Of a stretch of DNA of 64,000 bases, positions 58,899-64,000 are shown in pieces (position 1 is the stretch's first letter; every line of letters starts with the position of its first letter). Below the pieces are notes generated by a model. It ran no database searches, had not been told where the DNA came from, and worked only from the letters and a program-made list of their open reading frames with translations. A program made the translations under genes and the position numbers. Origin of the DNA: a bacterium (lineage in GTDB: Bacteria; Desulfobacterota; Anaeroferrophillalia; Anaeroferrophillales; Tharpellaceae); assembly GCA_029932385.1 (NCBI GenBank), contig JAOZQE010000001.1:1475-65474 (forward strand), read 5' to 3'.

Positions 58899-61508
58899 AT
58901 GGATACCAGTAAATTCACAGAAAAAAGTCAGGAGGCCGTAGCCGCCGCCCAGGAGCTGGCTTTACGCCGCCATCATCAACAGATCGACACCGAACACCTG
59001 ATTCTGGCCCTGCTCGAACAGCCCGAAGGGTTAATTCCCCGCTTGCTGGAAAAAATCGGAATTGCTACCGGAGCAGTCGAAAATGCGGTTTCAGAACAAC
59101 TTGCCAAGATTCCTGCAGTAACCGGGGCCGGCAGCGGCGGCCAGCTCTATATGAGCCCACGCCTGGGCCAGATTTTCGTTAAAGCTAAAGATGAAGCGGA
59201 ACAGTTCAAAGATGAATATGTCAGCGTTGAACATCTGCTTCTAGCTGCAGTTTCAGTCATCAATGATCCCCTGGCCACCCTCTTAGACGGTTTCGGTATC
59301 AACCGGGATAAATTGCTTTCGGTGTTAACTGAAGTTCGCGGCCACCAGCGGGTTACTAGCCAGAACCCGGAGACCACTTATCAGGCGCTGGAAAAATACG
59401 GTACGGATCTGACTAAAGCCGCTGCCAAAGACAAACTTGACCCGGTCATCGGCCGCGACGACGAGATCCGCCGGGTCATCCAGGTGCTCTCGCGCCGGAC
59501 CAAAAACAATCCCGTCCTAATTGGTGAACCCGGAGTCGGCAAAACCGCTATCGCCGAAGGCCTGGCACAACGTATTTTTGTTCAGGATGTACCCGAAAAC
59601 CTGAAAAACAAGCGCCTGATTTCACTCGATATGGGAGCACTTATTGCCGGGGCTAAATTTCGCGGTGAATTTGAAGAACGCTTAAAGGCAGTTTTGAATG
59701 AGGTTAAAGAGGCCGCCGGTGATATCATCCTTTTTATTGACGAGCTCCATACCGTGGTCGGGGCCGGCAAAACCGAAGGTTCGATGGATGCCGGCAATCT
59801 TTTAAAACCACTGCTGGCCCGGGGTGAACTCCACTGTATCGGTGCCACCACCTTGAATGAGTATCGTCTCTATATTGAAAAAGATGCCGCTTTAGAGCGC
59901 CGCTTTCAACCGGTCAAGGTTGATCAGCCAACTGTGGAAGATACAATATCTATCCTGCGCGGCTTAAAAGAACGCTATGAGGTACATCACGGAATTCAGT
60001 TTAAGGATACCGCTTTAGTTGCGGCAGCGACCCTGTCGCACCGTTATATAAGTGACCGCTTCCTGCCGGATAAAGCGATTGACTTAATCGATGAAGCCGG
60101 CGCCCGGCTCCGGACTGAGATAGACAGTATGCCGAGTGAACTGGACGAGATAACCCGGAGAATCATGCAGCTTGAGATTGAGCGTGAAGCCTTAAAACGC
60201 GATAAAGACAAGGCCTCGCGCCTGCGTCTGGAAAAGATCGAGCAGGAACTGGCCGAATGGCAGAGCAAAAGCAAAACCGTAACCGCGCGCTGGCAACTGG
60301 AAAAAGAGATGATTGCCAACTTGCGCCAGATCGGTAAAAAGATCGAAGAGGTCAAAGTCAAAATTGAACACGCCGAAAGGGAGTATGATTTAAACAAAGC
60401 CGCAGAACTTAAATATGACCGCCTGGCGACCCTTGAGAAAGAACGCAAGGAAGCTCGTGACAAGATTCTGGAAAACCAGAAAAGTGGCCGTTCTCTTTTG
60501 AAAGAGATTGTCGATGAAGAGGATATCGCCGAGATCATCAGCCGCTGGACCAGTATCCCGGTCAGCAAACTACTCGAAGGTGAACGGGAGAAACTGCTCC
60601 ACTTAAATGAGCATCTCCATAAAAAAGTGGTCGGCCAGGAGGATGCCGTACAGGCGGTCGCCGATGCTGTAATCCGGGCCCGGGCCGGGATCAATGACCC
60701 ATTGCAACCTTTAGGCAGTTTCATCTTCTGCGGTCCGACCGGGGTTGGTAAAACCGAGCTGGCCAAGGCTTTAGCTGAATTTCTCTTTGACGATGAGAGC
60801 AACCTGACCCGCATCGACATGTCCGAATACATGGAAAAACATTCGGTCTCCCGTCTGATCGGCGCGCCTCCGGGCTACGTCGGTTACGATGAAGGCGGAC
60901 AATTAACCGAAGCGGTGCGCCGGAAACCCTACTCGGTGCTTCTCTTTGATGAGATCGAAAAGGCACATCATGATGTCTTCAATATTCTGCTGCAGGTTCT
61001 GGATGACGGCCGGCTGACCGATTCTCACGGCCGTATAGTTGATTTCAAAAACACTGTAATCATCATGACCTCGAATATCGGCAGCCAGTTTATCGTTGAG
61101 AATATGGCCCCCGGAGAGGAGTCGGAAGAAAGTTTTGCCCGGGTTAACAAAACCGTGCTTGAGGCGATGAAAGCCGAATTCCGGCCCGAATTTCTCAACC
61201 GGATTGATGATATTATCGTTTTTCATGCCTTAAAACGTAAAGATCTTGAGAAGATCATCACCATTCAGCTTGGTGAATTGGCAAAACGTCTGGCCGAAAA
61301 GGAGATCAAACTTAATCTTGCTCCGGAAGCTGTCGCTCTTATTGCCAAAACCGGCTACGACCCGACCTACGGTGCCCGACCTCTGAAACGAGCCCTGAAA
61401 AACCTTCTTGAAACCCCGCTGGCCTACGCAATAATGGCCGGGGAGATCAACGACGGCGATACAGTCGAGGTGAAAGTTGCGGGTGATAAACTGGTTTTTA
61501 ATTCGTAA
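58899..61508 (+). CDS. clpB: ATP-dependent chaperone ClpB
   Basis: 869 aa; Clp N-domain, two AAA modules ([16 protein letters not shown]) and a middle coiled-coil. Confidence 0.95.
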   Translation: MDTSKFTEKSQEAVAAAQELALRRHHQQIDTEHLILALLEQPEGLIPRLLEKIGIATGAVENAVSEQLAKIPAVTGAGSGGQLYMSPRLGQIFVKAKDEAEQFKDEYVSVEHLLLAAVSVINDPLATLLDGFGINRDKLLSVLTEVRGHQRVTSQNPETTYQALEKYGTDLTKAAAKDKLDPVIGRDDEIRRVIQVLSRRTKNNPVLIGEPGVGKTAIAEGLAQRIFVQDVPENLKNKRLISLDMGALIAGAKFRGEFEERLKAVLNEVKEAAGDIILFIDELHTVVGAGKTEGSMDAGNLLKPLLARGELHCIGATTLNEYRLYIEKDAALERRFQPVKVDQPTVEDTISILRGLKERYEVHHGIQFKDTALVAAATLSHRYISDRFLPDKAIDLIDEAGARLRTEIDSMPSELDEITRRIMQLEIEREALKRDKDKASRLRLEKIEQELAEWQSKSKTVTARWQLEKEMIANLRQIGKKIEEVKVKIEHAEREYDLNKAAELKYDRLATLEKERKEARDKILENQKSGRSLLKEIVDEEDIAEIISRWTSIPVSKLLEGEREKLLHLNEHLHKKVVGQEDAVQAVADAVIRARAGINDPLQPLGSFIFCGPTGVGKTELAKALAEFLFDDESNLTRIDMSEYMEKHSVSRLIGAPPGYVGYDEGGQLTEAVRRKPYSVLLFDEIEKAHHDVFNILLQVLDDGRLTDSHGRIVDFKNTVIIMTSNIGSQFIVENMAPGEESEESFARVNKTVLEAMKAEFRPEFLNRIDDIIVFHALKRKDLEKIITIQLGELAKRLAEKEIKLNLAPEAVALIAKTGYDPTYGARPLKRALKNLLETPLAYAIMAGEINDGDTVEVKVAGDKLVFNS

Positions 61509-61548
61509 TCTGAATTATGTTACGGCCGTTTAAGGACAAAACTAATAA

Positions 61549-61585
61549 TAAAGGCCCGGAGAATTATTTTTCTCCGGGCCTTTAT
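61549..61585. terminator. bidirectional intrinsic terminator between clpB and the ABC-2 operon
   Basis: Perfect 14 bp stem AAAGGCCCGGAGAA/TTCTCCGGGCCTTT with loop TTATTT, T/A-rich flanks. Confidence 0.7.
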
Positions 61586-61612
61586 CGTTGAAACTCGGTA
61601 CTGAAAACTGAT

Positions 61613-62377
61613 CTAACTGCGCAGATTGTAACCCCGCCATAAAAGCCATAAGGCCCAGGCCGAACTTATGAGAAAGAAGATCAGACTGACTTTGAGGCTG
61701 GTCCCAACCTCAATCTCGGAAACTCCGAGACAGCTATAGCGGAAGCCGTCAACAAAATAGAAGAAGGGATTAAAATGGGAGGCCCGCTCCCAGAATGGTG
61801 GCAGATCCTGAATTGAAAAGAATACTCCACTTAAAAAAGAGAAAGGCACAATTACAAAATTTTGAAAGGCTGAAATATGGTCCCACTTATCGGCTATAAT
61901 CGCGGAAACCAGCCCTAAAGCTCCAAGCGAACTGGTGCAAAAAAGAGTGAAAGCCAGAGCATAGAGAGGATGTTTAACCGGCACCAGGCTGAAGCTGCAG
62001 GCGGCCAGCCAGACCCCGGCGCCAACCAGCGCCCCGCGAACAATCGCGGCCCCGACAAAGGCGGCATATATCTCAAAGTCTGAAATCGGGGCCAGCAGGA
62101 CAAAGATCACATTGCCGTTAAGCCGCGATTGAAACAGGCTCGAGGAGCTGTTGGCAAAAGCATTCTGAAGCATCGCCATAACGATAAGACCGGGAATTAA
62201 GAAGGTTAAGTAGTCAATTCCGGGTAGCATCTGACGACTGTTTGAAATCACCGAGGAGAAGATCAGAAGATAGAGCAGAACCGTAATCACCGGGGTCAAT
62301 ATCGTCTGAATTGAGACCTTAAGAAAACGCCAGATCTCACGCGCCAGAAGAGTATAAAAACCATAATAATTAGTCAT
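61613..62377 (-). CDS. ABC-2 type transporter permease
   Basis: 254 aa; six TM helices, ABC-2 family pattern; overlaps the upstream ATPase gene by 8 nt. Confidence 0.8.
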   Translation of the reverse strand: MTNYYGFYTLLAREIWRFLKVSIQTILTPVITVLLYLLIFSSVISNSRQMLPGIDYLTFLIPGLIVMAMLQNAFANSSSSLFQSRLNGNVIFVLLAPISDFEIYAAFVGAAIVRGALVGAGVWLAACSFSLVPVKHPLYALAFTLFCTSSLGALGLVSAIIADKWDHISAFQNFVIVPFSFLSGVFFSIQDLPPFWERASHFNPFFYFVDGFRYSCLGVSEIEVGTSLKVSLIFFLISSAWALWLLWRGYNLRS

Positions 62378-63293
62378 TATTCTCCCCTCCTCCGGTCAGT
62401 TCACTGTAAACTTCAGTCAAACCGGGTTCATGAATTTTCAAATCAGAGAATTTTACTCCCGCCCCCTCAAGCGCAGCCAAGACCTCACCGATGTGATCTT
62501 GTTCGCGGTGGAGCCGTAATAAAAGCTCGCCGGCTGGTGCTTCTTCCTGCTTTAGCGCAAGTTCTGGAGGAAGCTCTAGACAACTCTCCGGCAACAACTG
62601 CAGTCGGAGCTGACGCCATCGGTAACGACTCAAAAGTACATCCTTAGCCGCATTGGCAACCAGCCGGCCCCGATCCAGAATGGCAATTTCACCACACATA
62701 CTTTCAGCCTCTTCTAGATAGTGTGTGGTTAAGATAATCGTATGTCCTTTGCGGTTGAGAGAACGGATGAACCGCCAGAGCTGCTCTCTTAAAGCGACAT
62801 CAACGCCGGCGGTCGGCTCATCAAGAATAACTACCGGCGGCCGGTGAACTAAGGCCTGGGCGATCAGAACCCGCCGTTTCATCCCACCCGAAAGATGATT
62901 CATGGTGGTATCGGCTTTATCTGTAAGGCCCAACGCCTCCAGCAACTCCTCCAGCCAGTCCCGGTTCCCGGCCCCGAAACCGAAATAGCCGGATTGCAGA
63001 ACCAACATCTCCCGGACCGTAAAAAAAGGATCGTAGGCCAATTCCTGGGGCACTACTCCAAGTTTATAACGGGCCTGACGCCACTCTTTTCTGACATCAT
63101 GTCCCAGAATTACAGCGGTTCCCGAGGTCGCCCGGGTTAAACCGGCAAGGATATTTATCAAGGTCGATTTCCCGGCCCCATTAGGACCTAAAAGGGCAAA
63201 AAAAGCACCCTCGGCAACAGTTAAATCGACCTCAATCAGGGCCTGCAACGAACCATAATTTTTACTTAGATTTTCAATCTCCAACGCATTCAT
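62370..63293 (-). CDS. ABC transporter ATP-binding protein (ABC-2 exporter ATPase)
   Basis: 307 aa; Walker A GPNGAGKST, signature LSGGMKRR, Walker B ILDEPT. Confidence 0.85.
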   Translation of the reverse strand: MNALEIENLSKNYGSLQALIEVDLTVAEGAFFALLGPNGAGKSTLINILAGLTRATSGTAVILGHDVRKEWRQARYKLGVVPQELAYDPFFTVREMLVLQSGYFGFGAGNRDWLEELLEALGLTDKADTTMNHLSGGMKRRVLIAQALVHRPPVVILDEPTAGVDVALREQLWRFIRSLNRKGHTIILTTHYLEEAESMCGEIAILDRGRLVANAAKDVLLSRYRWRQLRLQLLPESCLELPPELALKQEEAPAGELLLRLHREQDHIGEVLAALEGAGVKFSDLKIHEPGLTEVYSELTGGGENND

Positions 63294-63460
63294 AAATTCT
63301 CAAATAGCAATAAATACTTGACAAAAACATAAAAAATATAATAAGTTCCCCTTTTGGCCCGCCATTTCAGCAGACCGCGAAAAAACCAGAGACCAAACCT
63401 ATTATTCAAAAAAGAGGCGGCGTTTGTGATAATCAGTATTAAGTTATAAGGAGAGATAAC

Positions 63461-64000
63461 ATGAACCGCGATAGACATCAAGAGACAACTGAGATTACCG
63501 AACTTATTCTCGAAGCCGCAGCCAAAGCCCGGGCTGAAATCGGCCCCGTCGGCAAACAACCCGCGACCGGGAAAGCAGCAAAATGGCCAATTGAATGCAC
63601 CATCGGGCCCGGACTCGAAGGGGCGATCGCCTGCGAATCCAAAGTCGGCTACGTTAACGGCAGCGCCGGCATGCTCTCATACCGGGGTTATGACATCTTT
63701 GAACTCTGTGCCTATTCTACATATGAAGAGGTCTCTTTTCTGCTTCTGCACGGGTATCTGCCCAACACTGAAGAGCTTAAGGAGTTTGAAGATAAACTTA
63801 CCAATTACCGGCACATGAATAAGACTTTACGCCTGTTAATGAGCTATCCGGTTGAAGAGATGAACGCGATGGCGGCACTGAGAATGGGTACCATCTTCAT
63901 GCGCCAGGAGTTTACCATCCTCGACCGTGAGGAGGCAAAGCCGAAACTCGACGATGCCATCAGCGCTGACGAAGATTCGATCGCGATGGAAACCAAGCCC
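63461..64000 (+). CDS. gltA: citrate synthase, N-terminal part (3' end lies outside window)
   Basis: Open reading frame from the ATG at 63461 to the window end (not in the ORF track because no stop codon); AGGAG RBS 8 nt upstream; GMLSYRGY...EL motif typical of citrate synthases. Confidence 0.75.
   Translation, partial: MNRDRHQETTEITELILEAAAKARAEIGPVGKQPATGKAAKWPIECTIGPGLEGAIACESKVGYVNGSAGMLSYRGYDIFELCAYSTYEEVSFLLLHGYLPNTEELKEFEDKLTNYRHMNKTLRLLMSYPVEEMNAMAALRMGTIFMRQEFTILDREEAKPKLDDAISADEDSIAMETKP

Noticed and set aside
60044-60832. 262 aa minus-strand ORF
   Set aside because: It is antisense to the middle of clpB. It is Ser/Arg/Ala-rich and has no start context, so it is spurious.
63290-63559. 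89 aa minus-strand ORF
   Set aside because: It overlaps the citrate synthase start and its promoter/RBS region. It is a hydrophobic junk translation.
1-64000. CRISPR arrays, transposases, integrases, phage genes
   Set aside because: There are no regularly spaced direct repeats, and no ORF has integrase, transposase or phage structural motifs. The window is core-like apart from the small low-GC insertions noted.

Overview
This 64 kb window looks like a mostly core chromosomal segment of a deltaproteobacterium of the Desulfuromonas/Geobacter type, with about 50% GC and dense coding on both strands. This assignment is an inference from gene content and from a CIRCE element in front of rpoH.

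Recognisable housekeeping genes:
- dusB (3' end only) and a minus-strand acyl-CoA operon (AMP-ligase, acyl-CoA dehydrogenase, carboxyltransferase) headed by a low-GC AAA ATPase.
- A four-gene operon of unknown function: DUF89 phosphatase, EamA transporter, GTDC1-like glycosyltransferase and a secreted DUF4139 protein.
- znuABC fused to a SAM methyltransferase.
- rfaE2 plus a HAD hydrolase, an HD-GYP response regulator and an Isf-like flavoprotein.
- uppP, pckA, dnaE, a Pat-like protein acetyltransferase and rpoH.
- A second AMP-ligase, recD2, a low-GC ChaN-PDZ lipoprotein, an MFS transporter and plsC.
- An ArsA/Get3-like ATPase, pgsA, an IHF/HU-like gene and der.
- ftsH, an inserted kinase-like gene, N-terminally extended folP, cdaA, cdaR and glmM.
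- dxs, an rpoS-like sigma factor, pcm, trxB, mutL, ispG, ygbA, clpB, an ABC-2 exporter and the start of citrate synthase.

The window contains no rRNA, tRNA, CRISPR array or transposase.

I could not identify a clear-cut novel defence or mobile system. The two strongest candidates for something undescribed are the DUF89-EamA-GTDC1-like-DUF4139 operon and the low-GC kinase-like gene wedged into the conserved ftsH-folP-cdaA-cdaR-glmM operon, together with the roughly 135-residue N-terminal extension on FolP.

Other points worth a second look:
- The perfect CIRCE in front of rpoH.
- Two orphan intrinsic terminators that imply small RNAs or leaders.
- A 590 bp AT-rich block with a repeated AAGCTGTTAACAA motif.
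- A TTGAC-N4-GTCAA palindrome between ygbA and clpB.

All family assignments rest on remembered motifs and are not database hits. GC statements are by eye and were not computed.
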